This document shows, one piece after another, positions 42,448 through 52,281 of a DNA stretch of 64,000 nucleotides. Numbering within the stretch: the stretch's first letter is position 1; every line of letters begins with the position of its first letter. Origin of the DNA: Desulfovibrio sp. MES5. Its GTDB lineage: Bacteria; Desulfobacterota; Desulfovibrionia; Desulfovibrionales; Desulfovibrionaceae. Where the stretch lies: the NCBI RefSeq assembly GCF_002237645.1, contig NZ_MJUZ01000016.1, positions 15 to 64,014 of the forward strand, written 5' to 3'. The notes below the pieces were generated by a model that saw only the letters and a list, made by a program, of their open reading frames with translations, searched no databases and was not told where the DNA came from. The translations under genes were made by a program, and so were the position numbers.

Positions 42448-43032
42448 GGGTTTGAACCTCCATCAAAAGAAAAGAAGAAGAGTTGTAATAAACACCTTAT
42501 CAAATCATGAAGTGCAGCACTGCAATAATGCCAGATACCAATAGAATCTTCGTATTGCAGCCGCCAAAGCAATTCCTGTGCCAGTTCACTGTTTTCATTT
42601 TAACTGTGATTACAGGCATATTTTGAGAAAAACATCACATACCAAAGACAGGCATTCATAGTAAAATGACAATCGTCATAAAAAAATGACAACCCTTCCC
42701 ATACCGGCTTGCTCGCGCGCACGACAAAAGCCCATGCCCAAACCCTGCGGCCAGTCCGCCTTCCGCCCCAAAAAACAAGGCCGCCAGTGTCGCTGTGGAC
42801 ATTGACAAGCCGCGGTTTTACGGGCAAAGCCCCATGAGAAAAAAACAATTGTCACCAGCCGCCCCACCCCGCGTTCGCGCCATGTCTGACAGCGCCCTGG
42901 CCATGCCAGAGCCACGCCGGAACGAAAAACGCCTGCAGGATGCTGTCGGCTGACCCTGCTGAAACTGGCGACGGCCCCTTTCCTCTAAAAAATCTCTTGA
43001 ATATCCCGCCAAGCTGGGCCACTATGCCGCAA

Positions 43033-44259
43033 ATGTCATTTGAACTCTTCGTAGCCTTGCGCTACCTCTTTTCAAGGCGCAAACAGACCTTCATTTATAT
43101 AATCTCACTCATGTCCATTATGGGCGTTGCGCTCGGCGTGGGCGCGCTGGTGGTCGTGCTGGGCGTTTACAACGGCCTGACCACCGACATGCGCGACAAG
43201 ATCCTTGGCGCCAACGCGCACGCCATTGTCATGTCCTACCTGCCCTCGGCCTTTGAAAACGACGACGGCCTGCTGGATCGCATCCGCTCGGTCAAGGGCG
43301 TCACCGGGGCGACCCCCTTTATTTACACTGAAGTCATGCTCTCCGCCGGAAACGGCGTAAAAGGCGTGGTATTGCGCGGCATTGACCCGGAATCGGGCCC
43401 CCACGTGCTTTCCATGCTGCGCCAGATGCGCACAGGCTCGGCCGCCGCCCTGCAAAAGGAAGGCACGCCAGGCCTCATCATTGGTGAAGAACTGGCCAAA
43501 AGGCTTGGCCTTGTGGAAGGCAGCCGCGTGAACCTGCTTTCGCCCTCCGGGCAAAAAACGGCTTCCGGCTACGCGCCGCGCATCCGCCCCTTTGAAGTGG
43601 TGGGCATATTCAAGACAGGCATGTTTGAATACGACTCGTCACTGGCCTTTGTGAGTCTAGCCGCCGCGCGCGACGTGCTTGGCCTGCCGGATAAATACCT
43701 TTCCGGCGTGGAGCTCACCGTTGACGACCTTTTCAAGGCGGACCAGACCTCGGCGCGCGTGGCCACCGAGCTTGGCTCACCTTTTTATGTGCGCTCCTGG
43801 ATGGAGATGAACGCCAACCTCTTTGCGGCCCTCAAGCTGGAAAAGATCGGCATGTTCATTCTGCTGACCATGGTCGTGCTTATCGGCTCCTTCTCCATCG
43901 TGACGACGCTTGTCATGCTGGTTATGGAAAAAACGCGCGACATCGCCATCATGATGTCTATGGGAGCGACGCGCGGCATGATACGGCGCATATTCATGCT
44001 CCAGGGCAGCATCATTGGCGTCATCGGCACGCTGCTGGGCTACGCGCTGGGCCTCTCGCTGGGGTGGCTGCTCAAGCGCTACCAGTTCATCAAACTGCCT
44101 GAAAACGTCTACACGCTTGACCATCTGCCCATCAGCATCACCACCACCGACGTGATCATCGTCGGGGTCAGCGCCATGCTGTTGTGTTTTCTGGCCACCC
44201 TTTACCCGGCACGCCAGGCCGCCCGCCTTGAACCGGCGGAAGCACTGCGCTACGAATAG
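43033..44259 (+). CDS. Lipoprotein-releasing system permease LolC/LolE (FtsX/MacB-type)
   Basis: MSFELFVALRYLFSRRKQTF N-terminus, periplasmic MacB_PCD-like domain, C-terminal FtsX helices. ATG 43024 is also possible. Confidence 0.88.
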   Translation: MSFELFVALRYLFSRRKQTFIYIISLMSIMGVALGVGALVVVLGVYNGLTTDMRDKILGANAHAIVMSYLPSAFENDDGLLDRIRSVKGVTGATPFIYTEVMLSAGNGVKGVVLRGIDPESGPHVLSMLRQMRTGSAAALQKEGTPGLIIGEELAKRLGLVEGSRVNLLSPSGQKTASGYAPRIRPFEVVGIFKTGMFEYDSSLAFVSLAAARDVLGLPDKYLSGVELTVDDLFKADQTSARVATELGSPFYVRSWMEMNANLFAALKLEKIGMFILLTMVVLIGSFSIVTTLVMLVMEKTRDIAIMMSMGATRGMIRRIFMLQGSIIGVIGTLLGYALGLSLGWLLKRYQFIKLPENVYTLDHLPISITTTDVIIVGVSAMLLCFLATLYPARQAARLEPAEALRYE

Positions 44260-44261
44260 CC

Positions 44262-44948
44262 ATGTCCGCACTCTATAAATTTTCTAACGTGGGCAAAATC
44301 TTTTCCGCACCCGGTGAAAACCTTGAAATTCTCAAGAATATCAATCTGGTCGTGGAAGAAGGCGAGGCCCTGGCCATTGTGGGAACTTCCGGCTCTGGCA
44401 AAAGCACCCTCTTGCATCTTATGGGTGCTCTTGATACTCCAAGTACGGGCGCTGTCTTTTTTGATGGTCAGGACATGGCGCGCATGACGCCTGACCAGAA
44501 GGCGGCCTTCCGCAACAGAACGCTGGGCTTCGTTTTTCAGTTTCATCATCTCTTGCCGGAATTTTCGGCAGTGGAGAACGTGGCCATGCCGGCCATCATC
44601 GGCGGCGAACGCCAGACCGCCATCATGCCCAAGGCCCGCGAAATGCTCGAACGCGTGGGTCTTTCGGCTCGTATGGAAAGCAAGATTTCTACGCTTTCAG
44701 GCGGCGAAAGGCAGAGGGTGGCCATTGCCCGCGCGGTGCTGATGCGCCCGCGAGTTCTGCTGGCCGACGAGCCCACCGGAAATCTGGACGAAGGTACCGG
44801 AGCACAGGTGGGCACACTCATGAACGAACTTAACCGCGAACTGGGCATGACCCTCGTGGTCGTGACGCACAATCGGGAGCTGGCCGCAGGCATGGGCCGC
44901 ACTCTGGAACTGAAAGCGGGGACACTGTATGAAAAAAACGTTGCGTAA
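44262..44948 (+). CDS. lolD: Lipoprotein-releasing system ATP-binding protein LolD
   Basis: Walker A GTSGSGKST, LSGGERQR, LLADEPTGNLD. Starts 2 nt after the permease stop. Confidence 0.92.
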   Translation: MSALYKFSNVGKIFSAPGENLEILKNINLVVEEGEALAIVGTSGSGKSTLLHLMGALDTPSTGAVFFDGQDMARMTPDQKAAFRNRTLGFVFQFHHLLPEFSAVENVAMPAIIGGERQTAIMPKAREMLERVGLSARMESKISTLSGGERQRVAIARAVLMRPRVLLADEPTGNLDEGTGAQVGTLMNELNRELGMTLVVVTHNRELAAGMGRTLELKAGTLYEKNVA

Positions 44949-47688
44949 TCTTCTCTCTAACATCCTCTGCATTACAGCTCTGGTTTGCGCTGTACAGCTT
45001 GCACCCGGTGAAGCAGGAGCCGCTCAGGGGCCACTGGTTCTTGTGTTGCCCTTTCAGGTCAATGCCGGACCGGAAATGCCCAATGCCGCCCGTGATGTAC
45101 CCCAGATCATTGCCGATCAGCTCAAGCAGAACGGCATGAACGTCGTGCCGATGAATGCGGCGCGTCAGTTGCAGCAACGCCACGGCGAGAACATTGACCT
45201 CGCCACAGCGCGCGTCCTGGGCCGTCAGGCTGGCGCGCAGCTTGTCATATACGGCAGTTTCAATCAGCTTGGCGACGGTTTCAGCATGGATACCCGCCTT
45301 GTTCCCGTGCAGCAGGGCGAAGCCGTGCCCGCAGGTTTTGAGCGCAATTCTCTGGTCGCCCTCAGCGACTGTGCCAGCACCCTGGCGAGCCGCGCGGCCG
45401 AAATGACCAAGGTCAACGCCGCCCCCGCGCCGCAACTGGCCGACAACGGCCCGGGATTCGTGCCCATGGGCGCGCCCGCCGCCGCCAAGGGCGGCCTTGC
45501 CGACGTGCAGGTGCGCGGCATGAATGTTATGGACCCGGACACAGTGCTCATGCGTCTGACCATCCGTAAAGGCGACACCCCCGATGCCCACGCCATCAAC
45601 GAAGAAGTGAAGCGCATCTGGGAAATGGGATATTTCAGCGACGTGCAGGCCACCCTTGAGGGTAATGTGCTCGTCTTTACCGTGGTGGAAAAACCCCGCA
45701 TCGACAGCATCGTGGTGGAAGGCTCCAAGGGCATCAGCAAGGATGACGTCCTTGCAGCCATGGGCACCAGAACCGGCAACGTGCTCAACGAGCAGGTGCT
45801 TTCCGACGACCTGCAGAAAATTACAGAGCTGTACCGCAAGGAAGGCTACTATCTCGCCAAGGCCAACTACCGCCTTGAAGACCGCCAAGGCGGTCGCGGG
45901 GCGGTGCTCGTCATCAATGTGGACGAAGGCAACAAGCTCTACGTCAAAGAAGTTAATATCGAAGGCCTTAAAACCCTGAGCAAGGGCGACATTGAAAAGT
46001 ACATGGCCCTCAAGCCGCGCGGCATCTTCTCGTGGCTCACAGGCACCGGCGTGCTCAAGGAAGAATACCTTGAGCGCGACACCAACGCCATCGCCGCGTA
46101 CGGCCTCAACGAAGGCTATATTGACATTCAGGTCAGCGCCCCCCAGGTCGACTACAAGGATGACGGCATCTACGTGACCTTTGTGGTCAACGAAGGCCCC
46201 CGCTATACTGTCCGCAACGTGGTTTTCGCGGGCGACGTCATCGACAGCGAAGAAAAGATGCTTGAAGTCGTGCAGATGGACGACTGGCAGAAGTCCAACA
46301 AGTACTTCTCCCTTTCGGTCATGCAGGAAGACTCCAAGCGCCTGACCGACTACTACTCCGACTACGGCTACGCCTTTGCCGAGGTGGACACCAAGCTGAT
46401 GAAGGCCGACGACGGCAGCGATCAGGTGGACGTGGGCTACCTTGTCAACAAAAAGCAGAAAGTTTTCATCCGCCGTCTGGTGGTCGAAGGCAACACCAAG
46501 ACGCGCGACAACGTCATCCTGCGTGAAATGCGCCTGGGCGACGGCGATATGTATGAAGGCGCCAAGCTGCGCCGCTCCAACGAACGCCTGAACCGCCTGC
46601 GCTACTTCGGCGCTGTGGATATGGAACTTATCCCCACGGGACAGGAAGACGAGGTCGACCTCAAGGTCAAGGTCAAGGAATCCAACACCGGCGCCATCAT
46701 GGGCGGTATCGGCTACTCCAGCTACTATGACGTGGGCGTGAGCGCCTCCATCATGGAACGCAACCTCTTTGGTCGCGGCTACTGGCTGCAGTTGCAGGGC
46801 TTCTTCTCCTGGCGGCGCACGTCGGGCACCCTGTCATTCACCAACCCGCGCGTGTATGACACCGACCTCTCCTTTGGCAACGACATTTACTACACCCACG
46901 ATTACTGGGACAACTTCACCAAGGACACCGTAGGCGACACCGTGCGCTTCGGGTACCCCATTGGCGAATACACCTCCGTGGGCGTCGGTTACCGTCTGGA
47001 ACGCTACTACCTCTACGACGTGTCCGATAACAGTTCCCCCTACATCCGGGACTACAAGGGCGTTAACTGGACCAGCGCCGTTTCGGGCCGCATCCTGCGC
47101 GACACCACCGACAGCAAGGAACGCCCCACCAAGGGCACCATCGCCCGCCTGTGGGCTGAATACGGCGGCGGCGGCATCGGCGGTACGGACAACTTCGTCA
47201 AATCCGTTGCCGACTGGCAGGGTTTCTGGTCCTTTAACCCGCAAAACACTGTCCACCTGCGCGGTCGCGTCGGCGGCGTGTTCCAGAACACCGACGACAA
47301 GGTGCCCGTATTCGAGCGCTTCTGGGTCGGCGGCATGGATACCATCCGTGGTTACTCCTATTCCGACCTCTCGCCGCGCGACTACAAGCACGGCGGCGAA
47401 CAGATCGGCGGCGACCGCATGGGCGTGGCCAACCTTGAATACATCTGGACCTTCCAGAAAGAGCTGGGCCTCGCGCTGGTGCCCTTTGTGGACTCCGGCT
47501 TCAACATCGACGCCAAGACCATGGCTCATGACTGGGACAAGTACATTGTCGCCTCCTCGGGTCTGGAACTTCGCTGGCGTTCGCCCATGGGCGACCTGCG
47601 GATAGCCTACGGCATCCCGCTTATACAGGATTACGACAAAGAAATGCCCTCCGGCAGAATTGAGTTCAGCATGGGGCAGTTCTTCTAG
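44929..47688 (+). CDS. bamA: Outer-membrane protein assembly factor BamA with extra N-terminal domain
   Basis: Signal peptide, POTRA repeats, C-terminal 16-strand barrel ending ...GRIEFSMGQFF. About 150-190 aa precede the first recognisable POTRA. Confidence 0.92.
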   Translation: MKKTLRNLLSNILCITALVCAVQLAPGEAGAAQGPLVLVLPFQVNAGPEMPNAARDVPQIIADQLKQNGMNVVPMNAARQLQQRHGENIDLATARVLGRQAGAQLVIYGSFNQLGDGFSMDTRLVPVQQGEAVPAGFERNSLVALSDCASTLASRAAEMTKVNAAPAPQLADNGPGFVPMGAPAAAKGGLADVQVRGMNVMDPDTVLMRLTIRKGDTPDAHAINEEVKRIWEMGYFSDVQATLEGNVLVFTVVEKPRIDSIVVEGSKGISKDDVLAAMGTRTGNVLNEQVLSDDLQKITELYRKEGYYLAKANYRLEDRQGGRGAVLVINVDEGNKLYVKEVNIEGLKTLSKGDIEKYMALKPRGIFSWLTGTGVLKEEYLERDTNAIAAYGLNEGYIDIQVSAPQVDYKDDGIYVTFVVNEGPRYTVRNVVFAGDVIDSEEKMLEVVQMDDWQKSNKYFSLSVMQEDSKRLTDYYSDYGYAFAEVDTKLMKADDGSDQVDVGYLVNKKQKVFIRRLVVEGNTKTRDNVILREMRLGDGDMYEGAKLRRSNERLNRLRYFGAVDMELIPTGQEDEVDLKVKVKESNTGAIMGGIGYSSYYDVGVSASIMERNLFGRGYWLQLQGFFSWRRTSGTLSFTNPRVYDTDLSFGNDIYYTHDYWDNFTKDTVGDTVRFGYPIGEYTSVGVGYRLERYYLYDVSDNSSPYIRDYKGVNWTSAVSGRILRDTTDSKERPTKGTIARLWAEYGGGGIGGTDNFVKSVADWQGFWSFNPQNTVHLRGRVGGVFQNTDDKVPVFERFWVGGMDTIRGYSYSDLSPRDYKHGGEQIGGDRMGVANLEYIWTFQKELGLALVPFVDSGFNIDAKTMAHDWDKYIVASSGLELRWRSPMGDLRIAYGIPLIQDYDKEMPSGRIEFSMGQFF

Positions 47689-47760
47689 AAAAAATTGCCT
47701 TTGAGCGCATCTGCTCTCAAAGGCTGGAGCCACAAAGCTGGCTGACCATACATAACTGCA

Positions 47761-47797
47761 AGCGTGGCGCGAGGTTATCCCCGCGCCACGCTTTTTT
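47761..47797 (+). terminator. Intrinsic terminator downstream of bamA
   Basis: 11-bp stem AGCGTGGCGCG / CGCGCCACGCT, 10-nt loop, TTTTTT. Confidence 0.85.
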
Positions 47798-47975
47798 GCA
47801 TGTCAATCTTTTTTGGCATATATTGTGCAAAATATGCGTGCAATGGGCGTACGCGGCGAAAAAACGTACGGCTGCAAGCCCGCATATCATCAGGCGACCC
47901 GGCGCAAGCACAAGAAAAACAGCAGCGAACTGTCACTAAAATGACAGCCGCGCACCAGCAGAGTAAGGAACACCC

Positions 47976-50513
47976 GTGGCCCGCAAAGAAAACCCATCCC
48001 CTACTCAGGGCCCTCCAAAGGCCCGGACGCAGTCCCGGAGCCCGTCGCCGCGGCCTCCGCAGGATACGCCTGAGGGCAGGTCGCAAGGGCAAGGCGCGGC
48101 CTCCGGCCAAACCAGGCACGGCATCAGACGTCTTGCCCCGCCAGTGTTTTTCTTGCTGGCCCTCTGCCTGCTGGTGGTTTTCTTTTATGACACCGGCTAC
48201 ACGTCGTTGCCGCCCACGGGCAAACGCTACGATACCGCCAAGGCCGGCATTGAAACGCTGCGCCTGGACGCCAAAAAGGCCAATCTGCGTGAACCCTGGG
48301 AAAAACTGGCTGCAGAGTTTCGCGCCATCTATGATGCCGATCCCGGCTGGCCCAACCGTCCTGCCGCCCTTTTTCGCGCCGCTGAAAGTCTTGAAGAACT
48401 TGCCCGGCGTTCCTTTGCCAAGGCTGATGCCCGCAAGGCCATAGAGTGCTACGAGGCGGTAGCCATGCGCCACGCCGACAGCCGCCTGGCTGACGACGCC
48501 CTTTTTCACGCCGCCAGACTGCGCGCAGCCTGGCTCAAGGATGACAAGGGCGCGCTGGAACTTCTCAACCGCATCAAGACCCAGTATCCCAAGGGCGACA
48601 TGCTGCCCGAAGCCCTGGCCCTGGAAAAAACCCTTCTGGCCTCGGCGCAGGGGCGCACAGCCCCCGAAGCCCGGCAGGTCGCCGCTTCTGAAGGCAGGCC
48701 CTCCATCGAAGACCAGGCCGCAAGCCCCCCAGCCCAGGACAAGGATAAAAAGCGCGCTGATGCAGGCGCCTCTGCCTCGTCAGCCCAATCTGCGCCAGCG
48801 GTCACTGGTTCGGCGGCCGCCCCCGCCGCCCTCTTGCCCCAGGATCAGATTTTGCCGCGCTACCGCAAGGCCAAGGCCGACATGGAAAGCCTGAGCGCCG
48901 ACAAGGTGCGCTCGTGCTGGCGTCAACCCTGGGAAGAACTGGCGGCGGAATTTCTGCTTATTTATCAAAGCCGTAAAAATTGGGCCATATCCCCCGGTGC
49001 GCTCTTTCGGGCGGCCTCAAGTCAGGAATCCCTGGCCAACTGCTCCCACCTCGCTGCGGAATACCGTCAGGCTCGCGACCTTTACCTGAATCTCGCACAG
49101 GAATTTCCCAAAAGCGCTCTGGCGGACGACGCCCTCCTTCGGGCTGCGGCCATTGAGGCGGACCGGCTGAACCAGCCGCAGGAAGCCCTTGAGCTGCTTG
49201 ACGCCATCGCCACCCTGTACCCGCAGGGCGACATGCTCCCGCAAGCCAAAATCCTGCGGCAGCGCCTTTCCGGCGGCTCTGATGTCGCTGCCGCACCCGG
49301 CGCCAAAGCCAGCCCGGCTTCCGCTCAGCCAGTGGCGGCCCCTGAAGTCCACACGCTTTCCTGGAACTCACTGAGCAAAAACTCTGTTGAAATCGTGCTG
49401 GACCTCTCCGCTCCGGCCCGTTATCGCGCCCGGCTGGAAGAAGGCAAAAAAGGCGCGGGCTCCAGCCTGTATCTGGAGTTTGACGACGCTTCCGTTGTCA
49501 AGGATGTGCGCCAGGGCGTCACGGTCAAGGGCAGTCTTTTGCAATCCGTTCGCGTGCGCGACCGTAAGGGCGGCGGCGCGGTGATGCAGTTCAGCTTCAG
49601 GGACGTGCGGCGCTTCGACACGCAGGCAGAAAGCAACCCCTGCCGCATTGTCTTGCGCGTGGCGGCGGGCAATACCGCCCTGCCTCCACGTCAGGGCGCG
49701 AATGGGGGCTTTGCCGGGCAGGACAAGCCGCGTGAGCAGGCTCCCTCGCCCGACGAACCACGGCATGTCAATGACATGGCCCGCCAACTGGGCCTTACTG
49801 TGCATACAGTCTTCATTGACGCAGGACATGGCGGCCGCGACCCTGGCACCCACCACAACGGCATTCTTGAACGGGTCATTACCCTGGACGTGGCCACGAC
49901 CCTTGGGCGCTTGCTGCAAGCCAACGGGGTTGATGTGGTCTACAGCCGCACCAATGACACAGGGCTCTCCCTGCGCGAGCGCACAACCCGCGCCAATGAG
50001 GTAGGGGCAGACCTTTTTGTCTCCATCCACGTCAACGCCAACGACGACAAATCGGTCAACGGCTTTGAAACCTACTATCTTGATCTGGCCCAAAACGCCG
50101 AAGCCGCGCGAGTTGCGGCACTGGAAAACGCTGGCAGTGATCATCGCCTTGGCGATATGCAAAAGATGCTGGCTGATGTGATGCTTACTGCAAGAGTTGA
50201 TGAATCAAAAAAACTTGCTCAGGATATCCAGCGCGTTACTCTTTTCAGACTGAAAAAACGCGAGTATACTGTACGCAATAACGGCGTCAAATCCGCGCCC
50301 TTCCATGTACTGCTTGGCGCGCAGATGCCTGCGGTACTGGTTGAGCTTGGCTACTGCACCCACGCCGAAGAAGCCCGTAACCTCGCCAACGCCAAATACC
50401 GGCTGACATTGGCCGAAGGACTGGCCGAGGGCATACTTGCATACAAGGACCGACTGTTAAAAAAGCGGACTGCCCAGAATTCCTTGACGCCCGAAAGCGC
50501 TGGTGCTATGTGA
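47976..50513 (+). CDS. N-acetylmuramoyl-L-alanine amidase (AmiC-like): basic tail, TM, duplicated TPR/YbgF-like module, AMIN domain, Amidase_3
   Basis: GTG start 6 nt after AAGGAA. Two about 120-aa internal repeats (PWEKLAAEF...YPKGDMLPEA / PWEELAAEF...YPQGDMLPQA). Catalytic part VFIDAGHGGRDPG...DLFVSIHVNA...GFETYY. Confidence 0.85.
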   Translation: MARKENPSPTQGPPKARTQSRSPSPRPPQDTPEGRSQGQGAASGQTRHGIRRLAPPVFFLLALCLLVVFFYDTGYTSLPPTGKRYDTAKAGIETLRLDAKKANLREPWEKLAAEFRAIYDADPGWPNRPAALFRAAESLEELARRSFAKADARKAIECYEAVAMRHADSRLADDALFHAARLRAAWLKDDKGALELLNRIKTQYPKGDMLPEALALEKTLLASAQGRTAPEARQVAASEGRPSIEDQAASPPAQDKDKKRADAGASASSAQSAPAVTGSAAAPAALLPQDQILPRYRKAKADMESLSADKVRSCWRQPWEELAAEFLLIYQSRKNWAISPGALFRAASSQESLANCSHLAAEYRQARDLYLNLAQEFPKSALADDALLRAAAIEADRLNQPQEALELLDAIATLYPQGDMLPQAKILRQRLSGGSDVAAAPGAKASPASAQPVAAPEVHTLSWNSLSKNSVEIVLDLSAPARYRARLEEGKKGAGSSLYLEFDDASVVKDVRQGVTVKGSLLQSVRVRDRKGGGAVMQFSFRDVRRFDTQAESNPCRIVLRVAAGNTALPPRQGANGGFAGQDKPREQAPSPDEPRHVNDMARQLGLTVHTVFIDAGHGGRDPGTHHNGILERVITLDVATTLGRLLQANGVDVVYSRTNDTGLSLRERTTRANEVGADLFVSIHVNANDDKSVNGFETYYLDLAQNAEAARVAALENAGSDHRLGDMQKMLADVMLTARVDESKKLAQDIQRVTLFRLKKREYTVRNNGVKSAPFHVLLGAQMPAVLVELGYCTHAEEARNLANAKYRLTLAEGLAEGILAYKDRLLKKRTAQNSLTPESAGAM

Positions 50514-50719
50514 TGCAGGGATTTCAAATACGCGCCGCGCTGAAGTATTAGCAACACTAAAGCCCAATTGTACCGGCGCGGCAACCATGCCTCCCTGCTT
50601 GTGCAACGTGAGTGGGGGCTGCATTAACCTACCATTATACAAGTTTCTTACGGCGCGAGGGTCATCCCAATTCCGCAAGGACGAGATAAAAAACAGCAAT
50701 CGGGGAAGGAGTACTTTAC

Positions 50720-51265
50720 ATGCGCAAGGTTTTGATGATGACCTTAGTGGTCTGCATGCTCATGGCTGGAACGGCGCTTGCGGCTGACAGCAATGCCGTG
50801 CCTGCTGCCAAAATTGGCGTTGTGGACATGCAAACGGTGGCCACTCAGAGCGAACCCGCCGAAGCTGCCAAAAAGCAGATGGAAGACAAGTTCGGCAAAG
50901 AACGCTCTGCTCTTGAAAAGCAGGGCGAAGCTCTGAAAAATAAAGCCGAAGCCCTCAAGAATCCCAAGGTCAGTGAAGAAAAGAAACTTGAGTTCATTCG
51001 CGCCAAACAGGATCTGGACCAGAAGACCCGTAACTTCCTGCGCAAAGTTGAGCAGGAAGAAGTCAAACTGCGTCAAGACATGGTTACCCTGGTTTTCAGC
51101 GCCACCTATGAAGTGGCCCGCTCCAAGGGTTTCAACTTCGTGGTGGACGTGACCGCCGGCGGCGTTCTGTATGCCGACCAGTCAATGGATCTGACCCAGG
51201 ACGTGCTCACCGAAGTGAACAAGCTTTACAAAGAAAAGAAGAACGACAAGGGCGGCAAAAAATAG
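50720..51265 (+). CDS. skp: Periplasmic chaperone Skp (OmpH family)
   Basis: Signal peptide, then IGVVDMQTV and a long coiled-coil arm. GGAAGGAG SD. Confidence 0.85.
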   Translation: MRKVLMMTLVVCMLMAGTALAADSNAVPAAKIGVVDMQTVATQSEPAEAAKKQMEDKFGKERSALEKQGEALKNKAEALKNPKVSEEKKLEFIRAKQDLDQKTRNFLRKVEQEEVKLRQDMVTLVFSATYEVARSKGFNFVVDVTAGGVLYADQSMDLTQDVLTEVNKLYKEKKNDKGGKK

Positions 51266-51290
51266 TTCCGTCTCCTTACGTCTGCAATAC

Positions 51291-51327
51291 AGCCTCTCGA
51301 CCCTGACGGGGCGAGAGGCTTTTTTTA
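51291..51327 (+). terminator. Intrinsic terminator of skp
   Basis: Stem AGCCTCTCG / CGAGAGGCT with inner CCC/GGG pairs, followed by TTTTTTT. Confidence 0.85.
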
Positions 51328-51376
51328 TTGACGGCTGCCATCGGGTCGGCAAGACCGTTGCGCTTCGGCGTGCCAG

Positions 51377-51505
51377 TGTTTAGAGCAGTTTACGAATAAA
51401 ATGAGTTAACTGCTCTGCAAGGATTCTCCAGAAAATTCTTGCCACGAAATGCGCGCAGGCAGGCTTTTGCCCTCCATAAGCGCGTATTTCAAGTGTTACA
51501 TGCTC
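51377..51505 (+). repeat. About 130-bp structured dispersed element, copy C1 (upstream of fabZ)
   Basis: About 80% identical by eye to the reverse complement of 55010-55139. Begins GTGTTTAGAGCAGTTTACG and contains three hairpin modules. Ends 71 nt before the fabZ ATG. Confidence 0.8.
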
Positions 51506-51575
51506 AAAAGTTTCAACATTCCAGCGGGCAATCATGGGCCGCCCCGCGCCCTGCCCGAAATACCCAGGAGGCCAC

Positions 51576-52043
51576 ATGCAGGAATCAGCCCCTCAGCCCC
51601 AAAGCATGGACATACAGCGTATTATGCGCCTGCTCCCCCACCGCTACCCTTTCCTGCTGGTGGACAGGGTGGTGGAATGCGTGCCTGATTCGCACATAAA
51701 GGCCTATAAAAACGTGACGTTTAACGAACCGTTTTTTCAGGGGCATTTTCCCGATGCGCCCATTATGCCCGGCGTGCTCATTCTTGAAGCTCTGGCCCAG
51801 ACGGGCGGCCTGCTGGCCACTGCGGACATGGGCGACCTGGACGACAAACTCTTTCTCTTCACCGGCCTCGACGGCGTGAAATTTCGCCGCCAGGTGGTGC
51901 CGGGCGACCGCCTCGACCTGGAATGCTCCAATTTGCGCATGAAGCTCAAACTTTGCAAAATGGAAGCCCGCGCCTTTGTGGATGGCAAACTGGCGGCAGA
52001 AGCGCAAATTACCGCAGCTATCGGCGACAGGCCCAAAAGCTAA
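51576..52043 (+). CDS. fabZ: 3-hydroxyacyl-ACP dehydratase FabZ
   Basis: AGGAGG SD before ATG 51576. LPHRYPFLLVDRV and FFQGHFPDAPIMPGVL motifs. Confidence 0.93.
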   Translation: MQESAPQPQSMDIQRIMRLLPHRYPFLLVDRVVECVPDSHIKAYKNVTFNEPFFQGHFPDAPIMPGVLILEALAQTGGLLATADMGDLDDKLFLFTGLDGVKFRRQVVPGDRLDLECSNLRMKLKLCKMEARAFVDGKLAAEAQITAAIGDRPKS

Positions 52044-52194
52044 GGAAACGCTGATTTATTCCGTTTGGCGGCGTTGCTTCACTTTTTTTGAAACAGTCGA
52101 GGACGGAAGAGTCCACTCCTGCTTCAAAAAAAGATCGCGCCTTGCCAAACGAAATAACTGCGCGTTTCCAGGAGGCTCTTTAATCAGCGTTTCC
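52044..52194. mobile_element. 151-bp foldback (MITE-like) element E with perfect 13-bp terminal inverted repeats
   Basis: GGAAACGCTGATT (52044-52056) / AATCAGCGTTTCC (52182-52194). The inner arms are also complementary (TTCCGTTTGGC/GCCAAACGAA; CTTTTTTTGAA/TTCAAAAAAAG). Internal segments resemble elements B1 and B2. Starts 1 nt after the fabZ stop. Confidence 0.55.
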
Positions 52195-52218
52195 CTAACA
52201 CGCTGCCACATTGGAATT

Positions 52219-52281
52219 GAAATGCTTTGTGGGGGAGGGACCCTTCTGCAAAAGGGTCCCTCCCCCACACCCCCTTCCCCT
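52219..52281 (+). repeat. Dispersed GC-palindrome element, copy A4 (tail interrupted by B1)
   Basis: Head GAAATGCTTT, core GTGGGGGAGGGACCCTTCTGCAAAAGGGTCCCTCCCCCAC (52229-52268), tail ACCCCCTTCCCCTG. The expected CCTAAAAC tail end reappears at 52425-52432, straddling the right end of B1. Confidence 0.9.

Noticed and set aside
42470-42700. Candidate regulator sites in the nap promoter region (ATGACAATCGTCAT at 42666-42679; AAAATGACAA direct repeat; CTGTGATTACAG)
   Set aside because: None fits the FNR/CRP-type (TTGAT-N4-ATCAA, TGTGA-N6-TCACA) or NarL heptamer consensus well enough to call. They are worth a motif search but are not supportable by eye.
44830-45888. 352-aa ORF antisense to the lolD end and bamA start; 46834..47733 antisense to the bamA barrel
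   Set aside because: These are mirror ORFs. The sense-strand genes are confidently identified.
51377-51400. GTTTTAGAGC... resemblance to type II CRISPR repeat or tracrRNA anti-repeat (also 55120-55139)
   Set aside because: There is no repeat-spacer periodicity, only single copies 3.6 kb apart, and no cas genes in the window. The similarity is limited to about 10 nt. I treat them as a dispersed structured repeat instead.
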